From: Phycisphaera mikurensis NBRC 102666
GTDB lineage: Bacteria; Planctomycetota; Phycisphaerae; Phycisphaerales; Phycisphaeraceae
Length of the DNA: 32,000 bases
Assembly (NCBI RefSeq): GCF_000284115.1
Contig: NC_017080.1
Coordinates: 3,690,001 to 3,722,000 of the forward strand
Direction: 5' to 3'
Part shown: positions 24,876 through 32,000 of the stretch, piece after piece
Layout of the letters: each line of letters starts with the position of its first letter
Position numbering within the stretch: position 1 is the first letter of the stretch
The notes under the pieces: model-generated
What the model saw: the letters and a program-made list of their open reading frames with translations, nothing else
Told to the model about the DNA's origin: nothing
Database searches by the model: none
Program-made: the position numbers and the translations under genes

Positions 24876-25446
24876 CTCCCGTCGCACCAACCCCCCAGAG
24901 CCGAGCCCGCTCGCCCGGCCCAGCGGAGCCCGGCGGCAGAATAGACCTCGACCTCCAGAGACCAACCCCCCCGCACCCCCGACCCCCACAACGGGGAAAG
25001 TCGGCTCCTCCAAGTCCGAAGGGAGGCAGCCCGATGAACGGCTCGGCGGGACGTGGCCCCGCAGAATCCGCGGCAACGTCTTCGCCCGCCTCACCTCCCT
25101 CCGCCGCGGCGACCTCGAACGCGCGGTGCGGCCCGCGCCCGAGAACGACGCCCAACGCCGCTTCGTCCTCGCCGGCGGGTGAGGTGCCCGAGTTCTGTGT
25201 TCCGTAGCGTCGGAGCAGAGCGATGGGGACCGTCAGAGCCACACCCCGCCACACCTGCCAAGCGGACGCGAGTTCAGCAAATCCATCAGCCGGATCGGCT
25301 CCCGCCTGAGCCCCTCGATGACGGAGCGTGGTGCTCCACGCGACGGGCAGCCCGGCGGCAAGCGGCCTCCCAGAATCCCGCTTCATCCTCATTCTCGTCT
25401 GATGCAGTAACTGCCACCCGTGGCGTTCGAGCTGGTGGACATCGGG

Positions 25447-28400
25447 TCACACATCCGGCTCCCAACGCCCACCGCGCCTGCGGAACGTCGCGAAGCGGCC
25501 TGCAAGCTCAAATGTCTTGCTGTCGTCGGGCCGGATGAGCAAGCCGATGAAGCCTATTCTTTTGAGACCCAATAGCGCCCGCGTCTCCAGCCGGAGTGCT
25601 TGAGCCTTGGATGGTCCTGCGAGCCGGCTTGCCGCCACGGGTACACCCACGGTGCCAGCGTGGTGTTTCTCCACCCAGGGGATGGCGTTGGCCGCGTCTT
25701 TGCCCCGCTCCGGCTCATTCATGAAGGTCAGGAAGGCGCGGCAGCAGCCGCTTGAGTCCAGCTGCCGGAGGCTCATGACGACGCCGGTCAGCCGGTCCTC
25801 TCCAAGCTCCTCGTGAGGCAGCACCTCGCCGCTCCACGAACAGGTCGCGACCTCGTCCGGGTGGAAAGTCCGGCCTCTGGTGGCGCGGGCGGCCGCGCCA
25901 GGAAGCATCCGCCGCCCGCTCTGCTCGCTGGTGGCCATTTCGGAAGGCATCGCCTTCCTGCCGGTGCAGACGCAGGCTTCGAGCTCATTGGGGAGCGCGT
26001 GCTGCCCCGTGACCGCGCAGGGCACGAGTAGCCGGGTCCGGGCGAGCTTGCCTGAAGCCTCGGATGCCGATGCAACATCCCGTGCGATGCGGTCGCCGAG
26101 GACGGCGCAGGTGACAAGCTCGTCGGGCAACACCTGCCGCCCGGACTCCCCGCAAGTTTCCAGCTCGCCAACGAGTGCGGGACGACCCTGTAGACCCGAG
26201 GGCACCAGAAGCGACCGGAGGGCTCGCTTGCCGCTCGCCGCGCACGTCGCCAAAAGATCAACTCGAACACGGCGGCCGGTCGATTCGCACGCCTGCAGGA
26301 AACGCGGGAGCACGAGGTCGCCGCTCTCCTCGCACGGCTCTAGCTCCGCGGGAGGCACCCGCTCGCCGGACCGTGCGCATGCGCGCAGCAGGCTCGGGCG
26401 GACGCGTCGCCCACCGGAAATCTCCACCAACTCTTCGGGGAGCACCCGCTCTCCGGAGAGGTCGCAGCGGCGGAGGCACTCCGGCAGGACGCGCTGCCCG
26501 GTGACGGCACAGGCCTCCAGCTCCGTAGCGAGAACCCGCCGGCCGCTCATGCCGCAGGCGGCGACGTGTTCCGGCAAGGCGGTGCGGCCCTCGTTGAGGA
26601 CCTCCAGGCGGCTAGGCAAGACCCTCTTGCCGGAGGCGCAGCAGGTGCCCAGCTGTCCCGGCGCCACGGCCTGCCCCGTCACCTCACAAGCCTCCAGCTC
26701 CCCAAGCGGAATCGGTTCCTGGGTGACCTCGCAGCGACCCAGCAGGTCCGGGAGGGCGTGCCGCCCGAGCGTCGTCGCCTGCAAAGTCTCCGGAAGCACC
26801 CGCTTGCCGGAAAGGTCGCAGGCTTTGAGCAAGCTCGGGAGCACCAGACGTCCGGTGACGGCGCAAGCTTCGAGTTCGGAAGCGACCACGCGGTCCCCGC
26901 TCTCTTCGCAGGTCGCCGCGTGCTCTGGCAAAACCACTCGATCGTCGGAAAGCGTCTCCAAGCAGGCGTGGACCACCCGCTTGCCCGAGACGCAGCACGT
27001 CTCCAGCTGTTCCGGTGCCACCGCCTGCTCGGTCACTGCGCAAGTCTCCAACTCGTCAAGCGGCACCCGGGCGCCGGTGATAGCGCAGGAACCGAGCAGG
27101 TCCGGGCAGGCATGTCTGCCGCCGGAGGTGCCCTCAAGAAGTTCGGCAAGGACCCGCTCCCCGGAGACGTCGCACGCCCGCAAGAGGCGGGGGTGGACCT
27201 GCTTCCCCGTGATGGCGCAGGCTTTGAGTTCGGCCTCGGGAACCCGCTCGCCCGAGATGGCACAGGCGGAAACGAGCGCGGGCGGGAACCGCCGGCCATC
27301 GGTCACCGTCTCCAGAGCTTCGGCGAGAGCCCGTTCACCGGGCGCGTCGCTTTCTACGAGCAGGTCCGGGGCCACCCGCTTCCCGGTGACGGCGCACGCC
27401 ACCAGTTCACTGGCGGGGAAGCGCCGCCCTGAGGCCTCGCAAGCCTCCAGGTGCTCCGGCAGCGCCAGCCGCCCGTCTCCCAGCGTCACCAGTTCGTCAA
27501 GGAGCACCCGGTCGCCGCTGACGCAGCAGGTGCCCAGCAGCCCGGGGGTCACGAGCCGCCCGGTGCGAGCACAGGCGATGAGCGTCCCGGGGATCACCCG
27601 CTCGCCGCTGACGGCACAGACCGCGGCGGCTTCGGGTCGCACGCGTTCTCCGGTGCCAAGCTTGACAAGTTCGCTGCTGAGCACGCGATCGCCGGTGATG
27701 GCACAGGCTTGCAACAGCTTCGGCCGCACCCGCTTCCCGCTGGCTGCGCAAACCAGCAGGCTCCCGAGCTTCACGCGGTCGCCGCTCGCTTCGCAGGTTT
27801 CGAGGAAGGCTGGGTCCACGAAGCCCCCGCGGTGAGACTCCATCTCCGTCCGGAGGCTCCGCTTTCCGCTGATTCGGCACTTCTCCGTCAGGCTCTTCTC
27901 CACCACCGCACCGGTGATGGCGCAGTCAACGGTCAGTTCTGGGAGGAGCCGCTTCCCGCTGGAGTCACAAGTCAACAGCGATCCAGGGCCAGCCCGCTTC
28001 CCGCTGACCTCGCAGGATTCAGCAAGGTGCTCAGCGATCGGAAGCCCCGTCACGGCGCAGTCGAACAACTCCGACCGGTGGCCGGTGGCGGCGGAGGCGG
28101 AGCAGGTCGCGCCTTCGTCCTCCCGGTACCGCTTCTGGGAGATCTCACTCACCGCCAACCAGGCGGGCAGGACATGGTCGCCCGTGAAGTCGCACGGCTC
28201 AAGCTCCTCCTCGAGGGCGGCGTCGCCGGAGACGGCGCACGTGGCCGTCAAGCTTGTCTCTGCCCAACGGCCATCGGCCAGGTGAGTCATCTCTTCGAAC
28301 AGGAGCGTGCGGTCGGTGACGCAGCACGACCCGACGTGCTCCGGCTTGGCGGCACGCTTCGACAGGTCCGACACCTTCAGCAGGTGCTGGAGCACCGACT

Positions 28401-31128
28401 GCTGATCTACCTCGCAGCGGCCGAGGAACGCGACCGGCGTGCTGCGGCCGCTCAGGTGGCACACCCCGAGCTTGGGCTTGACCTTGAGGGAACCACCGGG
28501 CAGGCAAACGCGGAAAGGGAGCGTCCGGCGTGACACGCCATCCACCTCGACATCGATCTTCACCCCCACCTCGCCGTAGCGCAAGCCCTCGAAGCCGACG
28601 ACCTCCGCCCGAAGCTTCGGTTCGAAGTCCGCTTCGAGCCGCGCCCGGCCGTGCGCCCCGTCGGCGCCCGTGAGCGACGCCGCGAGGCGCTGACCGTAGT
28701 GGCTGATGAAGGCTTCCACGCCGGGGTCCGCGGCCGCGGCACGACCGAGCGTTGCGGCGTCGGCGCCGCACTCGTCGGCCGACATTCGCTCGTCCATGAA
28801 CGGGAGCGTGTCCAGTTCCTCGCCGGCGGGGAAACTGGGGCTGTCCCCGACCGACGCTTCGACGAGCGTCTCCAGGCGGTCCACGCCGTTGAAGGCCTCC
28901 ACCCGCATCGTGACCCGGCCGTGGACCTGCGGGCGTCGGTCCAGCACCTCCACCGCTTCGACGGCGTACCCGTCACCGCACTCCGCCACCAGCCAGGCGT
29001 CGACAGCCGCCCGCACCGCCGCCTCCGGCGTCCGCAGAGCGTCAGCGGTGAGGTGACCGCCCTCGACGATCAGCCGTTCCATCGTTCGCACAAAGCCGGG
29101 GCGGCCGGGCCGATGGTCCTGCTCCCCGATCAGGGTCCGGCTGCCACGATCTCCAAAGTGGAGGTGCGTCCCCCGCCCCGAAGGCCCGACCGTCCGGTAC
29201 AGCCGAGCCCGCGGGTCGAAGTCCACCTCGTGCCCGAAGGCGCGGTAGGCGGCAAGGACCAGCTCCTCGGAATCCATCGTCGGCTCCACCTTTTCAAACT
29301 TGGGTGGTCGAGGCTGGTCGTCCTCGAGGTTCCCGGTGCCGAGGATGTCGTCCTTCCCGCTCACGACTTCGGCATAGATCTTCTTGGCCCGCTCCTGGCT
29401 CTCGAATTCTCTTCTGAAAGCCTCCGTTTGGTCGCTTTGGCGGAGCGAGCCCATCACGATCTCGCCGATCCGCTTCTCGAAACCCTCTCCATCCGGGTCG
29501 CCGTTGAAGTCGAGGATTGCCTCGATGTCGCCCAACGCTGCATTGACCCCCTCCAGCTTCAGGGTCAGCAGCTTGACCACCATCTCCTCGCTGGTTTCCT
29601 CCACCGCAAGGTTCACCACCTCCACCCGTTCGTATGTGGAGCCCATCCGCTGCACCCGCCCGATCCGCTGCTCCAGCACCATTGGGTTCCAGGGGAGGTC
29701 GAAGTTGAGGATGACGTTCCCGGCCTGCAGGTTGACGCCTTCCGCTCCGGAGTCGGTGGACACCAGAACGTGAATGGAGGGCGGCTTCCCCTCCTCCCCG
29801 GTGTAAGCCTCCACCGCCTTGGCATTGGCTTCCGGGGTACCCCCACGGATGAAGCCGTGCGACACCCCTCGCAGGCGCAGCATCCGACCGATCGCGTCCT
29901 GCGTCGCCACCCGCAGTGTGAACACCACCAGCCGCCAGTCCTCCGGCCGCTTGGCCGCGAGCTCATCCACCAACGCCAGAAGTCCCGCCATCTTGGAGGT
30001 CACCGGGTCGTTTTCGCACAGGTTGTAAGCTCGATCTTCCACCTGCTTCGTGGCCCAGTCGCCCTTGCTGTTGGCAACCTGCGTCGCGAGGGCGTGCGGG
30101 CTGCTCATCATCGCCCGGCAAAGCGACAGTGCTTCGAAGTAGGAGAGTGTCTCGCTGACCTCACGGACCAGCTTGATCATCTCCTTCTCCACCCGCCGCG
30201 GCTTGAGCGTCCGGCTCTCGATGTCGCGACTGGGGAAGTTCAGCTTCACGTCCACCCGCCGGGTCCGTCGGAGCGTCCTCCGCACCGCACCGTGGAATGC
30301 TTCTTCTTTGTCTGGACGCAGCCGCAAACCCCGCTGGCTCATGGCACCGTCGAGCAGGTACTCGAAACGGAAGTCGTCGATGTGCCCCAGCGGGTGCTGC
30401 CGTCCTTCCGCCGCGGCCGCGAGGTCGAGCAAGCTGTACAAGTCCGTGATCCGGTTCTGCATCGGCGTCGCCGTCAGCAGCAGCATGTGCGGAAAAAGCC
30501 GGTCCTTCAGCGCCTTCTGAATGTTCACCGCCATCTTCGGCGGCTTCGGCGTCCCGTGCAGGTTCCGGAGTTTGTGGGCCTCATCCAGAATGAGCATCTG
30601 GAACGCCCCCTCCGGGACGCTGCCGCGCTCGAGCACCCGGCTGATGGTGTGGTAGGTCGTCACCACCACCTCCGCCCGCTGGTTGCGGAGTTCGTATGTC
30701 AACTCAGAACCGGTGGCCGCGGTGGCCTTCAGCTTGAACTTCTTCCCGAGTTCCTCGACCCATTGCCTCTGGAGGATCTTCGGGCACACCACCAGCGTCC
30801 GCTGCACCCGCCCGCGAACCATCAGCTCACTGAGGATCATCCCGGCGCTGATCGTCTTTCCAAGCCCGACGTCATCCGCCAGCACCGCCACCGGCAGCCG
30901 CCGCAGCGACGCGATCAGATTCTCAACCTGGTGCTCGAAAGGATTCCAGTCCCGCTTCGGATCGTGGTACCAGCCGCCCTTGATGTCCTGCTCGCTGTGG
31001 AGCACGATCGGGTCCGCCAGCCCCCACTCAAGCGCCGCCCGCCGGAGCCGGTGCCATTGCCGCGACTCGCTCGCTTGGAGCACGGGCCGCTTCAGACTCA
31101 GTTCCGGCGGGGCGGATTGCAGGGCCAT
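25447..31128 (-). CDS. Giant SNF2-family ATPase (1,893 aa from ATG 31128; an alternative GTG start is at 31221) with a C-terminal array of 15-residue Cys-anchored repeats
   Basis: Track ORF 25447..31221. SNF2 motifs are LADDVGLGKT (I), MLILDEAHKLRN (II), LLLTATPMQNR (III), VLVSTDSGAEGVNLQAGNVILNFDLPWNPMVLEQRIGRVQRMGS (V-VI). Then come a ~280-aa unassigned region, a ~890-aa repeat array and a ~110-aa unique tail. Confidence 0.9.
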   Translation of the reverse strand: MALQSAPPELSLKRPVLQASESRQWHRLRRAALEWGLADPIVLHSEQDIKGGWYHDPKRDWNPFEHQVENLIASLRRLPVAVLADDVGLGKTISAGMILSELMVRGRVQRTLVVCPKILQRQWVEELGKKFKLKATAATGSELTYELRNQRAEVVVTTYHTISRVLERGSVPEGAFQMLILDEAHKLRNLHGTPKPPKMAVNIQKALKDRLFPHMLLLTATPMQNRITDLYSLLDLAAAAEGRQHPLGHIDDFRFEYLLDGAMSQRGLRLRPDKEEAFHGAVRRTLRRTRRVDVKLNFPSRDIESRTLKPRRVEKEMIKLVREVSETLSYFEALSLCRAMMSSPHALATQVANSKGDWATKQVEDRAYNLCENDPVTSKMAGLLALVDELAAKRPEDWRLVVFTLRVATQDAIGRMLRLRGVSHGFIRGGTPEANAKAVEAYTGEEGKPPSIHVLVSTDSGAEGVNLQAGNVILNFDLPWNPMVLEQRIGRVQRMGSTYERVEVVNLAVEETSEEMVVKLLTLKLEGVNAALGDIEAILDFNGDPDGEGFEKRIGEIVMGSLRQSDQTEAFRREFESQERAKKIYAEVVSGKDDILGTGNLEDDQPRPPKFEKVEPTMDSEELVLAAYRAFGHEVDFDPRARLYRTVGPSGRGTHLHFGDRGSRTLIGEQDHRPGRPGFVRTMERLIVEGGHLTADALRTPEAAVRAAVDAWLVAECGDGYAVEAVEVLDRRPQVHGRVTMRVEAFNGVDRLETLVEASVGDSPSFPAGEELDTLPFMDERMSADECGADAATLGRAAAADPGVEAFISHYGQRLAASLTGADGAHGRARLEADFEPKLRAEVVGFEGLRYGEVGVKIDVEVDGVSRRTLPFRVCLPGGSLKVKPKLGVCHLSGRSTPVAFLGRCEVDQQSVLQHLLKVSDLSKRAAKPEHVGSCCVTDRTLLFEEMTHLADGRWAETSLTATCAVSGDAALEEELEPCDFTGDHVLPAWLAVSEISQKRYREDEGATCSASAATGHRSELFDCAVTGLPIAEHLAESCEVSGKRAGPGSLLTCDSSGKRLLPELTVDCAITGAVVEKSLTEKCRISGKRSLRTEMESHRGGFVDPAFLETCEASGDRVKLGSLLVCAASGKRVRPKLLQACAITGDRVLSSELVKLGTGERVRPEAAAVCAVSGERVIPGTLIACARTGRLVTPGLLGTCCVSGDRVLLDELVTLGDGRLALPEHLEACEASGRRFPASELVACAVTGKRVAPDLLVESDAPGERALAEALETVTDGRRFPPALVSACAISGERVPEAELKACAITGKQVHPRLLRACDVSGERVLAELLEGTSGGRHACPDLLGSCAITGARVPLDELETCAVTEQAVAPEQLETCCVSGKRVVHACLETLSDDRVVLPEHAATCEESGDRVVASELEACAVTGRLVLPSLLKACDLSGKRVLPETLQATTLGRHALPDLLGRCEVTQEPIPLGELEACEVTGQAVAPGQLGTCCASGKRVLPSRLEVLNEGRTALPEHVAACGMSGRRVLATELEACAVTGQRVLPECLRRCDLSGERVLPEELVEISGGRRVRPSLLRACARSGERVPPAELEPCEESGDLVLPRFLQACESTGRRVRVDLLATCAASGKRALRSLLVPSGLQGRPALVGELETCGESGRQVLPDELVTCAVLGDRIARDVASASEASGKLARTRLLVPCAVTGQHALPNELEACVCTGRKAMPSEMATSEQSGRRMLPGAAARATRGRTFHPDEVATCSWSGEVLPHEELGEDRLTGVVMSLRQLDSSGCCRAFLTFMNEPERGKDAANAIPWVEKHHAGTVGVPVAASRLAGPSKAQALRLETRALLGLKRIGFIGLLIRPDDSKTFELAGRFATFRRRGGRWEPDV
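25790..28461 (-). repeat. Intragenic coding tandem repeat: 45-nt (15-aa) units with consensus C-x-[VI]-[ST]-G-x-R-V-L-P-x-x-L-x-x, organised in 59-aa and 118-aa higher-order periods
   Basis: I count 43 units starting with Cys, from CHLSGRSTPVAFLGR (Cys codon 28461..28459) to CSWSGEVLPHEEL (Cys codon 25842..25840). The 29-residue units each contain a Cys-less half unit. Segments 26734..27087 and 26380..26733 are two aligned 354-nt super-repeats. Confidence 0.85.
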
Positions 31129-31404
31129 GGAAACATTCTGCCATGACGCACCGAAGTCGCAGCGCGGTAAATCGCAATAGCAAAGCGGCTTTGGACACCC
31201 CGTTGTCCAGCCCACCGGCACCGGGTTTCCGCTGCCGGAACCATATTGTGCTGAGGCTACGTCCCGCCGCTTGCCCTCACCGCGTCGACCGCTTCCTCGC
31301 CGGCGCAGCGTGCCGCCTCCCGCTACGCGCCGCGGACGGTGCGCGGAAACGCCGCCAACCTTCGATGGTCCGCGACGTCCGGAGGAGCTTGCTGATCCCG
31401 GCGC

Positions 31405-32000
31405 TCAGGCGGCGAGGCGGACGGGGGGGGTCTGCTCGGTCTCGGGGCGGACCTGGTTGGCGGGGGCGGCGGGGGCGGCGGCCTGGAGGTAGGTGCTCAC
31501 GGGGTCGCTCCAGGGGCCGGCTTGCTGCTTGCCGTTGACCCAGGCGGCGCGGAGCCACACGCGGGTGCCGCCGGGGGCGGAGGCGGGGAAGGAGACCTCC
31601 GACTGGTACTTGGTGGTCGCGCCCTCGAAGGACCAGCCCGCCGGGTCGGCGGGGGTCTGGTCGCCCACGAAGGTCTGCACCCACGCGGCCACGGCGCCCG
31701 GGGCCTTGCCGCGCTTGCTGGCGGTGTGGGGGTCGAAGAGGCGGAGCGTCACCTCGCGGCCGCGGACGGCGCCGACGATGGCCGAGGGCGCCGCGCTGGG
31801 CACCGGCACCGGCGTGGCGCCGTTGCGGAGGCGGATGCCCAGCCGCACCTTGAGCTGGTCGCTCACGTCGCTGTTGGCGGCGACGGTCGCGTACAGCTCG
31901 CGGCCGACCTTCAGCAGCGCGTCGCGGGCGGTGTCGCGGGCGGCGGTCTGCTGCTTGGAGCGCAGGCCCTGGGACCGCTGCACCTCCAGATCGGTCGCCG
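31405..32000 (-). CDS. Hypothetical protein, 5'-partial (the frame stays open to the right window edge)
   Basis: Track ORF 31405..31983 begins at a GTG, but the codons upstream (..ATDLE) remain open to nt 31998. Third codon positions are very G/C-rich. The C-terminal part (...GTRVWLRAAWVNGKQQAGPWSDPVSTYL) looks like an Ig/FN3-like beta domain, which is a weak inference. Confidence 0.6.
   Translation of the reverse strand, partial: ATDLEVQRSQGLRSKQQTAARDTARDALLKVGRELYATVAANSDVSDQLKVRLGIRLRNGATPVPVPSAAPSAIVGAVRGREVTLRLFDPHTASKRGKAPGAVAAWVQTFVGDQTPADPAGWSFEGATTKYQSEVSFPASAPGGTRVWLRAAWVNGKQQAGPWSDPVSTYLQAAAPAAPANQVRPETEQTPPVRLAA

Noticed and set aside
22905-25094. 729-aa minus-strand ORF and the 651-aa plus-strand ORF 22622..24577
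   Set aside because: They run across the repeat array and across two genes with good starts, signal peptides and a PEP-CTERM signal. Their composition is Arg/Gly/Pro-rich.
24862-25392. 176-aa minus-strand ORF immediately downstream of the giant SNF2 gene, as a possible partner gene
   Set aside because: Its codon third positions are only moderately G/C-biased. There is no recognisable motif, signal or SD. Its 3' half overlaps the palindromic element and the promoter region of the next gene. I cannot support it, though a small partner gene in 25100-25446 is not excluded.
25390-25446. Possible tRNA-like sequence (gttcgag motif), and a window-wide search for tRNA or rRNA
   Set aside because: The flanks cannot form an acceptor or T-arm cloverleaf. 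No GGTTCGAATCC-type T-loop or rRNA-like conserved block was seen anywhere in the window.
5434-31128. Assigning the methyltransferase plus SNF2 genes to DISARM, BREX or a classical R-M system
   Set aside because: The hallmark genes are absent: no DUF1998 helicase or PLD nuclease (DISARM), no PglZ, BrxC or BrxL (BREX), and no endonuclease next to the methyltransferase. The methyltransferase also lies 8-19 kb from the SNF2 genes, with housekeeping-type genes between.
25880-31146. Plus-strand ORFs 25880..27835 (651 aa) and 28651..31146 (831 aa) opposite the giant SNF2 gene
   Set aside because: They are antisense to a frame with unambiguous SNF2 motifs and a regular Cys repeat. The Ser/Arg-rich periodicity in 25880..27835 is only the mirror of the real repeat.

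Overview
High-GC (roughly 70%) bacterial chromosomal segment. A DUF1559/prepilin-type protein and three PEP-CTERM-anchored secreted proteins suggest Planctomycetota; this is inference from gene content only. I support about 20 protein-coding genes, no rRNA or tRNA, and no CRISPR array. Most long ORFs in the supplied track are off-frame or antisense artefacts of high GC: Arg/Pro/Gly/Ala-rich with no motifs.

Gene content:
- Left third: a DUF3482-type GTPase (partial), a PP2C/SpoIIE phosphatase, a DUF2868-like membrane protein, a SprT-like metalloprotease, an aldo/keto reductase, an orphan beta-class DNA methyltransferase, a decayed S8 peptidase fragment and a receiver-less OmpR-type regulator.
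- Middle: a DUF1559 protein, two PEP-CTERM proteins sharing a duplicated module, a Gfo/Idh/MocA oxidoreductase, then a co-directional run of SNF2 helicase, SWIM zinc-finger protein (with a histone-H1-like Lys/Ala/Pro tail) and a DUF262/GmrSD-like protein. An apparently truncated McrB-N-terminal-like gene converges on this run.
- Right third: about 0.9 kb of tandem ~200-bp hairpin repeats, a PEP-CTERM protein, a secreted helical protein and a 1,893-aa SNF2 ATPase.

Most unusual items:
- The C-terminal ~890 aa of the giant SNF2 ATPase is an array of 15-residue Cys-anchored repeats that I cannot assign to any family I know.
- The SNF2-SWIM-DUF262 run is a candidate functional cassette.
- There are several families of intergenic palindromic or tandem repeats.

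Limits: all coordinates were indexed by hand, family names are recalled from motifs rather than searched, and no statistics were computed.
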